A DNA stretch of 64,000 nt from Pseudomonadota bacterium. GTDB taxonomy: Bacteria; Desulfobacterota; Desulfobacteria; Desulfobacterales; RPRI01. How positions within the stretch are numbered: position 1 is the stretch's first letter; each line of letters begins with the position of its first letter. The position numbers were made by a program, and so were the translations under genes. Where the stretch lies: the NCBI GenBank assembly GCA_043825875.1, contig JBDRRF010000110.1, positions 1 through 64,000 on the forward strand, in the 5' to 3' direction. The notes below the pieces were generated by a model. That model saw nothing but the letters and a program-made list of their open reading frames with translations, searched no databases and had not been told where the DNA came from. This document shows, piece by piece, positions 37,996-48,413 of the stretch.

Positions 37996-39524
37996 TTTAT
38001 TACATCCTCTTTATTATTTCCCTTATCACCACCGTTCTCCATTTTAATAACAAAGCGGTCTACATTCTTTCTGGAATCCCTTGTGGTTGCAGAGGCAAAC
38101 TCAACATTTTTAAAATAAGAGGATGCTTCCAGTTTCGGCAGAATATCGGTAGCAGTATCCGCATAACCTTCAATTTCAATCTTTGTTTCATTAATCTTTG
38201 TCCTTGTCAGCCATGCCTTTGCGGGAAGAATAATCGTAAGCTCCTTTAGAATGGGTAAAAACATGGGACTGTTGTGTTTGAAATTATCAATTGCTGCAAT
38301 TTCGCTATCCAGCAATTCAACTTCTTTTTTTAGTTCTTCAACTTTTATAGCCTCATCTTTAATTGTCATAATCTGCTGGTCAATCTCGCCAAGTTGTTTG
38401 TTCTCAATATGAAATGGCATTATAAAATAAAAAATGCCCATTGCTAAAATGAGCAGCAATAAAAAAACTGTCAGAGCCAAAGGCGTTTTTGATTCCTTGT
38501 GAATTCCTTTACAGAGCAAGTCCGGTTTTTGCTCTTTTGTTTGCAATGATTCCAACATACCTCCGGCAGCTGTGAAAGGTATATTTTTTATATCCTGCTG
38601 GTCTTTAGTTGCAGACCAAAGCTTTATATCCATATGACGCAGATTATTAGCCGGTATAGCAAACTTGTGTTCAGGAATTATATCTATATCGTTATAAGAA
38701 TCAGTTATTATCTTTAATGGTTTACTATGTTCGCTGTGAGCAGCTATCAGAGTACTAATCTCTTTTTCAATACTTTCTAATCCTGTTGTTTCATAATCTA
38801 AGGAGTTGCCTGTGATGCCGGATATTGGAGAACCATCGGTTATTAGACCACCTTCAAAAGCATATTTACCTTTTTGAACAAAAATGAAATCCGATTTTTT
38901 ATCAATATTGGTCAATAGTGTAGCGATTCCGGAAAGATTGGTGGTTAATCTTTTAACCGGTAAGTCTTTTCCTGCAAGTGCTTGTATGTATCGATTAACA
39001 AGATCAGCTTTAGCTGCATATAAAAGCAGATAAATTTTATCATCTTTTTCGTTTAGTATTGTAAAATCATATAAGGCATTTTCCGGGCTAAAGGGCGTCA
39101 ATCTGTCAAGTTCGAAAGAAACAGCGCTTGATATTTCTTTTTTAACTGCAATAGGGAATTCTACTGTTTGGATAATAGTCCATGCTTTGGGAATACTAAG
39201 TGTTATATCGACTTTATTTAATTTGAACTCTTCTACTGCCAAGTAGACCATCAAGGCGAAATTCTCAGGATCAGGGTTTCTTTCATTTTTAGAGGCAATA
39301 TTATTAAATCCTAAAATTTTTATGCGGGATAAAAACTTTGATCCGTAGCAAATTGATATGCCTTTTATTCCTATGGAAATGCAAAGACTTTTTTCAGGAA
39401 TAACAGCTCCGACAGCAAGATTTACGGTAAATAATTTCCACAGATTGTGCCCCGCATCAATTATTCTCGATGCTGAAGATGCGGTAAAATCTTTTATATT
39501 TGAAAACAAGTTTATTTGTTTCAT
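37992..39524 (-). CDS. gspL: T2SS protein L (actin-like plus PilN domain)
   Basis: FELDRLTPF, TM helix, ELT-ILP..WL..IEGYA..LEAS-YF. Confidence 0.75.
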   Translation of the reverse strand: MKQINLFSNIKDFTASSASRIIDAGHNLWKLFTVNLAVGAVIPEKSLCISIGIKGISICYGSKFLSRIKILGFNNIASKNERNPDPENFALMVYLAVEEFKLNKVDITLSIPKAWTIIQTVEFPIAVKKEISSAVSFELDRLTPFSPENALYDFTILNEKDDKIYLLLYAAKADLVNRYIQALAGKDLPVKRLTTNLSGIATLLTNIDKKSDFIFVQKGKYAFEGGLITDGSPISGITGNSLDYETTGLESIEKEISTLIAAHSEHSKPLKIITDSYNDIDIIPEHKFAIPANNLRHMDIKLWSATKDQQDIKNIPFTAAGGMLESLQTKEQKPDLLCKGIHKESKTPLALTVFLLLLILAMGIFYFIMPFHIENKQLGEIDQQIMTIKDEAIKVEELKKEVELLDSEIAAIDNFKHNSPMFLPILKELTIILPAKAWLTRTKINETKIEIEGYADTATDILPKLEASSYFKNVEFASATTRDSRKNVDRFVIKMENGGDKGNNKEDVIK

Positions 39525-39532
39525 AGTATTGT

Positions 39533-40534
39533 TTAAGCCGGGCTCTTGTAATAAACCGTTCGGGTTGTATTATTACTTTCCATAATAACCGTTGACCTGA
39601 TGGCGTAGCATTTCTTTTTTTCACTCAAATAGCCTGTAGAATCAATGGTGTAAATATTTGAATCCACCACCCCGATATATGATGCCGATATATTATAATC
39701 CTTTCCCATAACTGCCTGCAGGTGGTTTATAATCTCTTCAGGAGCAGACTCCCTTAACGTAATTATATTATCAACAAGATCCTCAGACAAACCCGGAATT
39801 GCCATCAATACTTCCTTAGGAGCTGATTTCAGGTTAATCTTGTTTGTATTTGAATGTATTGTAAGAAAATGAATTATACCTCTTTTATCCTTTTCATCAC
39901 CATACAGAATTTCGGAAGTCATTCCTTTGATAAGCAGCAATTCTTCAAGTGTATCAAAATTACTGTTTTTTGATTCGTAAGGATCCGACAAAGACATATA
40001 GTAATCGCTTTCAGCGCCGTTTAGTCTGTGAAGCTCATCGGAATCTTTCCAATCCAAAACTGAATCTGTGATCGTATCTGCCGTTTCATCCGAAAGACCA
40101 TAGTTAACCAGCATATTATAAAATATGATGCGTGTATTATCGTTTAAATAATTGATATTAATTTTTCCTGATTCATCAATGATGCCAAAAGAGTAATAAC
40201 CTTTTCCGGCCTGGCCAGTATATTCGGTACCATCGGTTTTAATAACTTCTTTGCCTTCCAATATAATTTTCTGATTTTTATTTGTGTTATAGTAAAATAT
40301 CTCCATAACAGCTCTATCGATTCCGGCTTCGGCAAGAAATCTGTTTTGCATATTTTCTTTAAAAGACAATGTTGAATAAACATCCGATCTTACAACTATA
40401 GAAAAAGAGAATACCATTACAGCAAGAAATGTCATCACCCACAGCACCATGAGCAGAGCGATACCTTTTTGTGAGGTACAAAGTTCAAGGCACACGGTGC
40501 AAGGAAAAGATAGTTTATAGGTTCCTGAGTGCAT
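39533..40534 (-). CDS. gspK: T2SS minor pseudopilin K
   Basis: G-IALLMVLW, AEAG, DESGKININ, DWKD-D, EELLLIKG. Confidence 0.88.
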   Translation of the reverse strand: MHSGTYKLSFPCTVCLELCTSQKGIALLMVLWVMTFLAVMVFSFSIVVRSDVYSTLSFKENMQNRFLAEAGIDRAVMEIFYYNTNKNQKIILEGKEVIKTDGTEYTGQAGKGYYSFGIIDESGKININYLNDNTRIIFYNMLVNYGLSDETADTITDSVLDWKDSDELHRLNGAESDYYMSLSDPYESKNSNFDTLEELLLIKGMTSEILYGDEKDKRGIIHFLTIHSNTNKINLKSAPKEVLMAIPGLSEDLVDNIITLRESAPEEIINHLQAVMGKDYNISASYIGVVDSNIYTIDSTGYLSEKKKCYAIRSTVIMESNNTTRTVYYKSPA

Positions 40535-40598
40535 AACTTAAAGGGTTCCATGATTCAAGTATTCGAGGGTCCAAGGGGTGTATCTTTAGCTTGAGCTC

Positions 40599-41309
40599 TC
40601 ACCTTTTCATTAAGGGAGCAGGCAGGCTGCCATTTAATATTCCTGTTTTTATCAGTGTTCCTCTTGTTCTTAAAGGTATGATAAAAGCAAAATTAATTGT
40701 ATCCTTAACAAAATTAATTCTTATTTTTTCCGGGATATCATTTCCTTCCATCCACTGCTCGATCCATTTATCATTTTCTTCCAATGAATTCTTGTCGAAA
40801 TATTCAAAATATATTTCATCGAGAGCATCAAAAAGTTTTGCCTCTCTTTTTACTGAAGAGCCAATTATGTTTTCGGTAACATACATAGTTTGCTTTCCGG
40901 AATCATTGGTCTCTATTCTATAATCAGCTATGATATAGCCCCTGCGGTTACCCTCCCATACGGAATAGTTTGTAGAAAATTGCAGGGTTTTTCCGTCTCC
41001 TTTGAAATAGAAACTCCTGCCATCTTCCCCATCATAGGCTATGGGAACTTCCGATTGAAGCTGAGCATCAACGATATTTAAAGATGATTTGAGCCGTTCG
41101 AGAGAAGCTATCTTTGCTTCTCCGGCATTTACTGAACGGTATCCAAGTCTTATAGCACTTCCGATAATAGTGATAATAATGACAAGTATGGAAATGGAAA
41201 TCAGAAGTTCAATAAGAGTATATCCAAAAGAATTGGGATCTTTTTCCGCCTTTCTTGAACCTTGAACCTTGAACCTTGAACCCTTAATTATGTGGTTTTC
41301 ATCACTCAT
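40599..41309 (-). CDS. gspJ: T2SS minor pseudopilin J
   Basis: G-YTLIELL prepilin motif; operon position. Confidence 0.75.
   Translation of the reverse strand: MSDENHIIKGSRFKVQGSRKAEKDPNSFGYTLIELLISISILVIIITIIGSAIRLGYRSVNAGEAKIASLERLKSSLNIVDAQLQSEVPIAYDGEDGRSFYFKGDGKTLQFSTNYSVWEGNRRGYIIADYRIETNDSGKQTMYVTENIIGSSVKREAKLFDALDEIYFEYFDKNSLEENDKWIEQWMEGNDIPEKIRINFVKDTINFAFIIPLRTRGTLIKTGILNGSLPAPLMKR
41254..41281. repeat. Heptamer tandem repeat (CTTGAAC)4
   Basis: Four exact copies within the gspJ leader. Confidence 0.85.
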
Positions 41310-41716
41310 AGCTCTTTTAATGATTCCAGTTCAGATTTGGATTTTCCAACAACTTTAAGAGTGCTTAAAGTCAATGACTTTTCTTTGTTTCCCTGCTGCC
41401 AGTAAGCAGTGAGAGTGATTTCAAGAAGTTTTACTTGCAGATTATCATATCTTTCGCTTAAGGCATTGGAAACAGTAATGTCCATCCGGTAGCCATCATT
41501 TGTTACCTCACTTAACGATTCTTCTACTAATTGATCATCATCAAGGATTTGCCTCATTTTTACATCTGCCCTTATAGCTGCATTTACATAGTTGCCGGAT
41601 GTCGATATCGATCTTAGATTTGCAGAAAAAAGCTGTATTATATATGTAACTGCAATACCCATGATGACAAGAGCTACAAGCACTTCCAGCAGAGTAAATC
41701 CAGCAGACTTTCTCAT
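41306..41716 (-). CDS. gspI: T2SS minor pseudopilin I
   Basis: G-FTLLEVLVAL. Confidence 0.8.
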   Translation of the reverse strand: MRKSAGFTLLEVLVALVIMGIAVTYIIQLFSANLRSISTSGNYVNAAIRADVKMRQILDDDQLVEESLSEVTNDGYRMDITVSNALSERYDNLQVKLLEITLTAYWQQGNKEKSLTLSTLKVVGKSKSELESLKEL

Positions 41717-41744
41717 TAATCACCTTTTCCTTGAACCTTATAAA

Positions 41745-42194
41745 CTATTTTATTATCACTGAGCCCACCACCGGATCAGTTTTTATATTTAATTCTTTCT
41801 TATCATTCCACAGTACTATGTTGTCATCTCCTGCGGATCCGGTAACCGGATAAACCATAATGTATTTTCCGCTTGAGATTTCTTTTGAGAATGAATCAAC
41901 CACCTTTATCTGCACATCTTTTGGAATTTCTCTATCTTTGCGGCCCTCGATTCGATATCGTTTTTCATCAAAGTCTATTGTAATAATTTGCTTTTCATGG
42001 TTTATTCTGGCAAGAGAACGGGCAAATTTCATAGTTGCAGCTATTTCTCTTGCGGTTGAATCTATTCTTGCAGATGCTGAGCTGCCTGAAAATAAAATTG
42101 TAGAAAGGCCAAGTATCAGGCTAATTAAAATAAGGACAATTAATGTTTCAATAAGAGTAAAACCAAAGTTATTGAGCCCCTGTTTAATGTTCAT
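41745..42194 (-). CDS. gspH: T2SS minor pseudopilin H
   Basis: G-FTLIETL; FARSLA. Confidence 0.78.
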   Translation of the reverse strand: MNIKQGLNNFGFTLIETLIVLILISLILGLSTILFSGSSASARIDSTAREIAATMKFARSLARINHEKQIITIDFDEKRYRIEGRKDREIPKDVQIKVVDSFSKEISSGKYIMVYPVTGSAGDDNIVLWNDKKELNIKTDPVVGSVIIK

Positions 42195-43384
42195 ATCGGC
42201 AGATCGGTAATGCTGAATATTCCTATGAGCATCGAGATTACAATAAAACCTATTATAAGACCCATCAAAAGAATCATTAAAGGCTCAAGAAGACTCATAA
42301 ATCTCTTGACAGTTTCCCGAAGAGCTTTTTCATAAGTCGAAGCCACCTTAAGAAGCATATCATCAAGCTGGCCGGTATCTTCTCCGACCTTTATCATAGA
42401 CAATGCCAGCGGTGGAAATATATTTGCCTCAGTCAGAGGCAAAACGATTCCCCTGCCTTCCTTTGCTCCTTTTGAAACTGCATTTAGCGCAGAAGCAAAC
42501 ACCTGGTTGCTGATAACATCTTTGGCATTGTTTAATGCCTGGATGAGGGGAACACCGCTTTTAAGAAGCATGCCAAGTGTTCTGCAGAATCTTGCGGTTT
42601 CCAGCTTTGCAATCAAATCTCCAACAGATTTTATCTTGATGGCATCCCATTTGTACCGCCCGCCAGGAGTAGAGATATAATACTTAACCGCTATCCATCC
42701 GGCAATAATGGCAGGTAGCAGCAGCCACCATATAGCTTTAATGGCTTTGCTTGCAGAAATAAGTATACGGGTCGGCAAAGGCAGCGCTCCTCCAAGCTCT
42801 GCAAATATTGCTGAAAATTTTGGAAGAACAAATGTCATCAGAACAATTAAAGAAATGCCGCCTGTTATTATCAGGATGCTTGGATAAATCATTGATGAAA
42901 TGATATTATCTTTCAATTCTTTGGATGATTCCAAAAATTCATTCAGTTTTTCCAGCACAACATGCAATACTCCGCTTGCTTCACCCGCTCTTACCATATT
43001 GATATACAATCGAGGAAATATCCTGGGATGTTTTATAAGAGCATCTGAAAAAGAACTTCCTTCTCTAACGGATCGTTGAAGAGACTGAACAATACTTTTC
43101 ATCCCACTGTTTTCCGTTACATGCAAGATTATATCAAGGCTTTTATCAAGCGGCAGACCGGCATTAATAAGCACCGATAATTCTTCGGTAAATGCCTGAA
43201 TATCCGCTTTGGAAGAACGGAGGCCTGTTTTGATTTTGAAGATTTCTTTTTGTGCTGTTACTTTTAAAGGAATAACACCAGTATCTTTTAATCTCTTTAT
43301 AGCGCTGTTCTCGTCCGCCGCTTCGATAACGCCTTCAAGAATTTCACCACTCCTTGTTGATGTACGGTATGAAAATACTGCCAA
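42191..43384 (-). CDS. gspF: T2SS inner-membrane protein F
   Basis: AGLPL, MVRAGEASG, SSMIYP, SGVPL, GEDTGQLD, LLEP. Confidence 0.92.
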   Translation of the reverse strand: MAVFSYRTSTRSGEILEGVIEAADENSAIKRLKDTGVIPLKVTAQKEIFKIKTGLRSSKADIQAFTEELSVLINAGLPLDKSLDIILHVTENSGMKSIVQSLQRSVREGSSFSDALIKHPRIFPRLYINMVRAGEASGVLHVVLEKLNEFLESSKELKDNIISSMIYPSILIITGGISLIVLMTFVLPKFSAIFAELGGALPLPTRILISASKAIKAIWWLLLPAIIAGWIAVKYYISTPGGRYKWDAIKIKSVGDLIAKLETARFCRTLGMLLKSGVPLIQALNNAKDVISNQVFASALNAVSKGAKEGRGIVLPLTEANIFPPLALSMIKVGEDTGQLDDMLLKVASTYEKALRETVKRFMSLLEPLMILLMGLIIGFIVISMLIGIFSITDLPI

Positions 43385-44899
43385 TTACAACTCCTGTGTT
43401 ACTCTGAATATTTCGCTCAGCGTAGTTACACCTTCCTTTACTTTTTTAATCCCGTCTTCAAGCAGAGTCCTCATTCCGTTTTTATTTGCTGCCTGCCTTA
43501 TCCGGGTTACCTCGGCATCTTTAAGGATCAAATGACGTATATTTTCATCTATGTAAAGCAATTCAAAGATGCCGGTTCTGCCGAAATAGCCCGTAAAGGA
43601 GCACTTCTCACATCCAGCTCCTTTGTATAGCGGTACGTTATCTCCAATGCCGAGGCGAATAAGATCTTCTTTGTTAAGAGAAAGCTCATCAATTTTTTTG
43701 CAGTCAGGACAGATAACTCTTACCAGCCTTTGAGCAAGAATCCCAGATATTGTTGAAGAAATCAAAAAATTCTCTACTCCTAAATCGAGAAGCCTTGTAA
43801 CGGCGCTGGGAGCATCGTTTGTGTGCATTGTTGAAAACACCAGATGCCCTGTAAGTGCTGATTGCATAGCTATTTCTGCTGTCTCAAGATCTCTGATTTC
43901 TCCGATCATGATAATATCGGGGTCCTGTCTGACAATATGGCGTAGAATAGTAGGAAAATTTAATCCTATCTGCGGCTTGACCTGAATCTGGTTGATTCCC
44001 TTGAGCTGGTATTCAATCGGGTCTTCGACAGTAATGATTTTTTTATCAGGTGAATTGATTTTATCAAGTGCGCCATAAAGAGTAGTAGTTTTGCCGCTTC
44101 CTGTCGGTCCGGTTACCAGCATAATACCGTTTGGCTTTTCAATGAGTTGATTGAATTTCAAAAGAGTATCCGATGGAAACCCAAGCAGGTTAAGATCAAT
44201 GACGATACCTTCCTGATCGAGGATTCTCATTACAACGCTTTCTCCGTAAAGCACCGGAATACTTGAGACGCGAAGATCTATTTCCCTGCTTCCTATTATC
44301 ATTTTTATCCGGCCGTCCTGAGGAAGCCTTCTTTCTGCAATATTGAGCTTTGCCATTATCTTGATTCTGGAAACAACCGCTGCCTGAAGCTTCTTCGGAA
44401 CTGATTCAATATCATGTAAAACGCCGTCTATTCTGTATCTAACCTTCAATTCATCTTCAAAAGGTTCTATATGGATATCACTTGATCTGCTTTCAACTGC
44501 CCGTGTAATGAAAAGATTTACAAGCCTGATAATAGGTGCTTCCGCAGCCAGGTCTTTAAGATGACCGATGTCTTCTTCGTCTTCACCGGCAAACTGAACA
44601 TCATTTTCATCAATATTATCAATTATATGATTGATATCGGAAGATTCCTGACCATAGAACTTGGCGATGTAGTCATCTATCATTCTACTGTCGGCTTCAT
44701 AGACTATTATGTCTGTAGCCAAGGCCACACGCAGGGCATCTATAGTTGCTTTATCTTGAGGGTTTGACATCACAACCAACAAAGAGTTATTCTTCATATC
44801 TATGGGTACGATCTTATTTTCGCGAATAAAGCGTGATGATATTCCTTCAAGAATAAAAGGGACTTTTGGAAAGGAATCGACTTTTAAAGAAAAGCTCAT
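43385..44899 (-). CDS. gspE: T2SS ATPase E
   Basis: SDIHIEP, ERRLPQDG, GPTGSGKTTT, RQDPDIIMIGEIRD, tetracysteine motif. Confidence 0.93.
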   Translation of the reverse strand: MSFSLKVDSFPKVPFILEGISSRFIRENKIVPIDMKNNSLLVVMSNPQDKATIDALRVALATDIIVYEADSRMIDDYIAKFYGQESSDINHIIDNIDENDVQFAGEDEEDIGHLKDLAAEAPIIRLVNLFITRAVESRSSDIHIEPFEDELKVRYRIDGVLHDIESVPKKLQAAVVSRIKIMAKLNIAERRLPQDGRIKMIIGSREIDLRVSSIPVLYGESVVMRILDQEGIVIDLNLLGFPSDTLLKFNQLIEKPNGIMLVTGPTGSGKTTTLYGALDKINSPDKKIITVEDPIEYQLKGINQIQVKPQIGLNFPTILRHIVRQDPDIIMIGEIRDLETAEIAMQSALTGHLVFSTMHTNDAPSAVTRLLDLGVENFLISSTISGILAQRLVRVICPDCKKIDELSLNKEDLIRLGIGDNVPLYKGAGCEKCSFTGYFGRTGIFELLYIDENIRHLILKDAEVTRIRQAANKNGMRTLLEDGIKKVKEGVTTLSEIFRVTQEL

Positions 44900-46920
44900 T
44901 TGACTTCTTGACTCCCTGAATTCTTTTCCATGGCGGAATGCCCGAGTGCGTCGATATTTTTAATTAAATCCTGTTTATTTATCCCTTTGTTGCTTTCGTC
45001 GATAAATCTATCAACAATACCGTCTGTAATAGAATCCGACTCATTATGATTTTTTACTACATGAGGTGTAAGAAGAATTATAATCTCTGTTCTTGACCGG
45101 TCGTCTTCCGTATTGCCGAAAAGAAAACCCAAAAGTGGAATATTGGTAAGCCAGGGAATGCCTGATATCGAGTCCGTTTTGTCTTCTCTTATGAGACCTC
45201 CGATTATTATTGTGTGGCCATCCTGAACAACAAGATTCGTAGAGGCTTCTGTCTTGTTGAGGATGATATCCTTCTGACCTGCAGAAAGCTCTATCGTTGA
45301 ATAAGTTGAAACTTCCTGTTTTATTTCGAGAGAAACGAGTCCGCTGTCATTAACCTGGGGTTTTACTTTGAGAATAATGCCGATATCTTTATACTGAATA
45401 GTTTGTTGAGCGGGTTGTGTAGACGATGCAAGTGTTGATGATGTTACAATTGGTACCTGTTGTCCTACCTGAATGCTTGCTTCCCGGTTATCGGATACAA
45501 GAATATGGGGAGCCGCAAGCAGTTTTGCCTTAGACTGGGTCATCAGAGTGTTAACAACTGCTCTTACCGCATCACCGGAATCTGTTCCGATAAAACCTAA
45601 GCCTGAGCCTGAAAAATTATCCAAATTAAGGCTGTCTGCATTGAATTTTATATTTGCCGGGGAACCGCCAAACTTTTTAGTGTTAATAGACCAGGCCAAA
45701 CCAAGACTAAGATTGTCTGATAATACGATTTGTGCAATCATACCTTCAATCATAACCTGTCTTGGAACAAGATCGATTTTCTCAATAGCATCTTTTATGA
45801 TTTCATAGTCTTCAGGGGTCGAGAGCACTATTACGGCATTAAGCGTTTCATCTGAAAATATACGCGTAATGTTTGAAACCACAGCTTCTTCACCGGAATG
45901 CGCCCTTTCAATCTGTTGATTCTGGATGGAATCCTTTTGTGATTGCGGTGTAACAAAAGTTGTGTTTTTCTCAGCACTATGTTTTGATCCAAGAAATATC
46001 TGCTGCAACTGGGTCGCAATATCTTTTGCCTTGCCGTTTTGCACAGGATAAACAAAAACTTGCGGTCCTTTTTTCTTTTGTTGCTCATTATCAAAAATTT
46101 CCACAAGTTCAAGAAGCCTTTTTATATTGGCATCGGTATCCACAATTATAATATGATTGTTCATAGGAACATCAACCATAACTGCATTTGCAGAAACAAA
46201 AGGGGTTAAGAGTTTTAATACATCAGAAGATTGCATATATTGAATCGGTACTACCTGAAGCAGCGCTTGACCTGTCAATTGAACACTCCTGGCATCTCTG
46301 CCAAGCTGAACAGCGGAAGGTTCTTTTGAAACATTACTTATAGGTACAAGACGGTAAAGGCCGGATTCTTCCACTACCGCAATTCCATTTAATCTTAGAA
46401 TAACTTCCATCAGAGGAAGAATATTTTCCTGCTTCACAGGTGCTGTAGACCTGAATGTAACACGTCCCTTGACACTGGGTTCAACAATATAATTTACCTT
46501 AAGCACCTGCCCAAAAACTGTTTGAATAACTTCATAAACATCCGCATCGTCAAAATTAAGTATCACATTACCGCTTCTTCCCGGAGTCTTTTGGTGAGAA
46601 TTTGTTTGTGATACCGGTTGTTCATTAGTTAAGGTAATGCCAGAAGAGGATAAATTTTGCTGCTGTTCGGTTATAAACTTATTTTCTGCAGGTACCTGTA
46701 TGCCAATATCTGGTGGAGGAGATACTTTATCTGAGCTTTCTATCTGATGATCGCTGCTTTTTTTTGTTTCTGAAACATCAGTAGTATTAAGGCTTTCTTG
46801 CTGCGCATAAATTTTATGCGAAAACATCAAATGTAAACAGATCAACACTGCAAGAAAAAGGATTATGTAATAAATTTTAATCGCTTTCGATCGGCAGTAA
46901 TTCATATTATTCTTCCACAA
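44896..46920 (-). CDS. gspD: T2SS secretin D
   Basis: LNFDDAD, QVMIEG-IA, IQVGQQVP, GIILKVKP, IIIGGL, GIPWL..IPLLG-LF. Confidence 0.92.
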   Translation of the reverse strand: MWKNNMNYCRSKAIKIYYIILFLAVLICLHLMFSHKIYAQQESLNTTDVSETKKSSDHQIESSDKVSPPPDIGIQVPAENKFITEQQQNLSSSGITLTNEQPVSQTNSHQKTPGRSGNVILNFDDADVYEVIQTVFGQVLKVNYIVEPSVKGRVTFRSTAPVKQENILPLMEVILRLNGIAVVEESGLYRLVPISNVSKEPSAVQLGRDARSVQLTGQALLQVVPIQYMQSSDVLKLLTPFVSANAVMVDVPMNNHIIIVDTDANIKRLLELVEIFDNEQQKKKGPQVFVYPVQNGKAKDIATQLQQIFLGSKHSAEKNTTFVTPQSQKDSIQNQQIERAHSGEEAVVSNITRIFSDETLNAVIVLSTPEDYEIIKDAIEKIDLVPRQVMIEGMIAQIVLSDNLSLGLAWSINTKKFGGSPANIKFNADSLNLDNFSGSGLGFIGTDSGDAVRAVVNTLMTQSKAKLLAAPHILVSDNREASIQVGQQVPIVTSSTLASSTQPAQQTIQYKDIGIILKVKPQVNDSGLVSLEIKQEVSTYSTIELSAGQKDIILNKTEASTNLVVQDGHTIIIGGLIREDKTDSISGIPWLTNIPLLGFLFGNTEDDRSRTEIIILLTPHVVKNHNESDSITDGIVDRFIDESNKGINKQDLIKNIDALGHSAMEKNSGSQEVK

Positions 46921-47000
46921 GAGGGTTTTTGAAGTTTAAGATCTTTTCCCCAAATAACATATCCGGGTCATAATATATTGATTTTAATTTCATAATATTA

Positions 47001-47453
47001 TTACCAACTTAACACATCTTTATCCTCTCCTTCTCCTCCGGGAGCATCTTCTCTGCCATAAGTGAAAAGATCGTAATCACCGTGGCTGCCCGGAGACTCA
47101 TAGTGATATGGTTTACCCCATGGATCATTCGGGATGCTTTTTTTAGGATATGGCCCGTCCCAGTTTTCTATGCCCGGATTTACGACCAGCGCATTCAGCC
47201 CTTCCTGAGTAGTTGGATATCTACCGACATCTAGCCTGAACAAATCCAGGCTTTGTCCCAACAATTCTATCTGGGCACTGGCAGAAGACTGCTTTCCCTT
47301 TCCGACCTTAGAAAAAAGCCTTGGGCCCACAAGTGCTGCAAGAAGTGCAATCATTACCATAACCACCATCATTTCAACAAGAGTGAATCCACGCCTGCAT
47401 TTTATTGTCAACAATCTGGTTATTATATCGCCTTGTGATCGGGATCTTTGCAT
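47001..47453 (-). CDS. gspG: T2SS major pseudopilin G
   Basis: G-FTLVEM; LDVGRYPTTQEGL-AL; WDGPY; DPWG. Confidence 0.93.
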   Translation of the reverse strand: MQRSRSQGDIITRLLTIKCRRGFTLVEMMVVMVMIALLAALVGPRLFSKVGKGKQSSASAQIELLGQSLDLFRLDVGRYPTTQEGLNALVVNPGIENWDGPYPKKSIPNDPWGKPYHYESPGSHGDYDLFTYGREDAPGGEGEDKDVLSW

Positions 47454-47484
47454 GATACCTCCAATTACATAACTAATTTAAAAA

Positions 47485-48189
47485 CTATGGTTTCCGTTTT
47501 CGAAATAAAAGGCCTTCCATCAATGCTTTGTAGCGTTCAGGATCTTCTGCTTTTATATTTGAAATGCTTTCAAAAATAAATAAGAAAAAAACAGCAAATA
47601 AAAAGGCTGCTGAAACAGATATTATACAAACGAGCGCTCTTTTCGGTTTTACCTTTTTATCTAAATCCGGTGCTAAGGGTGGGTCAAGAATTACGAATCC
47701 ATAGTATTTTTGTGCAAGAGCAAAGGTTTCTTTTTCAATTTCTCTGGCAAGAAGATTATAAATTTTTTCCTTAAGCAGAGCATCACTTGTTTTATTTAAC
47801 TGCTCATTGAAAAAATGCTGATTTTCCTTTGAATCTTTAAGAACTTCCTCACGCAGGGTTTCACTTAACTCGGTTAGATAGTAATCTGCCACCATTGCGC
47901 CCAAACCGCCTTAAGCTCCCGGCAAAGTAACTGCTGTCCCTTTTTCTTTGGGTCTTAAAGAAATAGTTGCTTCTGAACGGTATATGTCGGGTAGCAGGAG
48001 ACTTATTATTACAGCGCCGATCACTTCGATAAGTACCACGACTATGATCATTACTTTATGTTTAACGAGAACGAGAAACAAATCGAGCAGATTAATTTCA
48101 TCATCTTCATTTTCAGGACATGGATAAGAAGCATAATATACCGGCATTGTGACTGAAGTTGATTGTTTTTTTGAATCATCCATAAGCAT
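47485..48189 (-). pseudogene. wzz: Wzz-like chain-length determinant pseudogene
   Basis: DDEINLLDL..LPDIYRSEA N-terminus; in-frame TAA at 47911; middle missing; ILDPP-AP..KPKRAL C-terminus. Confidence 0.75.
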
Positions 48190-48413
48190 AGATTCCTTGT
48201 TTACTATATTTATCTCTCACATAGCTCAAAGAGTACACATAATATTTAAATTTATATGTGCTATTTATATCCTGTCCCCTGCTTTTTTTACCTTGTTCTT
48301 TATTAATTATATAGCTCCGCCCTGTCAGTTACATATTTGTTCATATGTTTACGCACCTATACCAAAAAAGTTAAAATGAACTGCAATTGTAACAATATTA
48401 TGGCAATTGCAAT

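Noticed and set aside
47911..47913. Stop-codon readthrough or selenocysteine in wzz
   Set aside because: The stop is TAA and the gene also lacks its middle; a pseudogene is simpler
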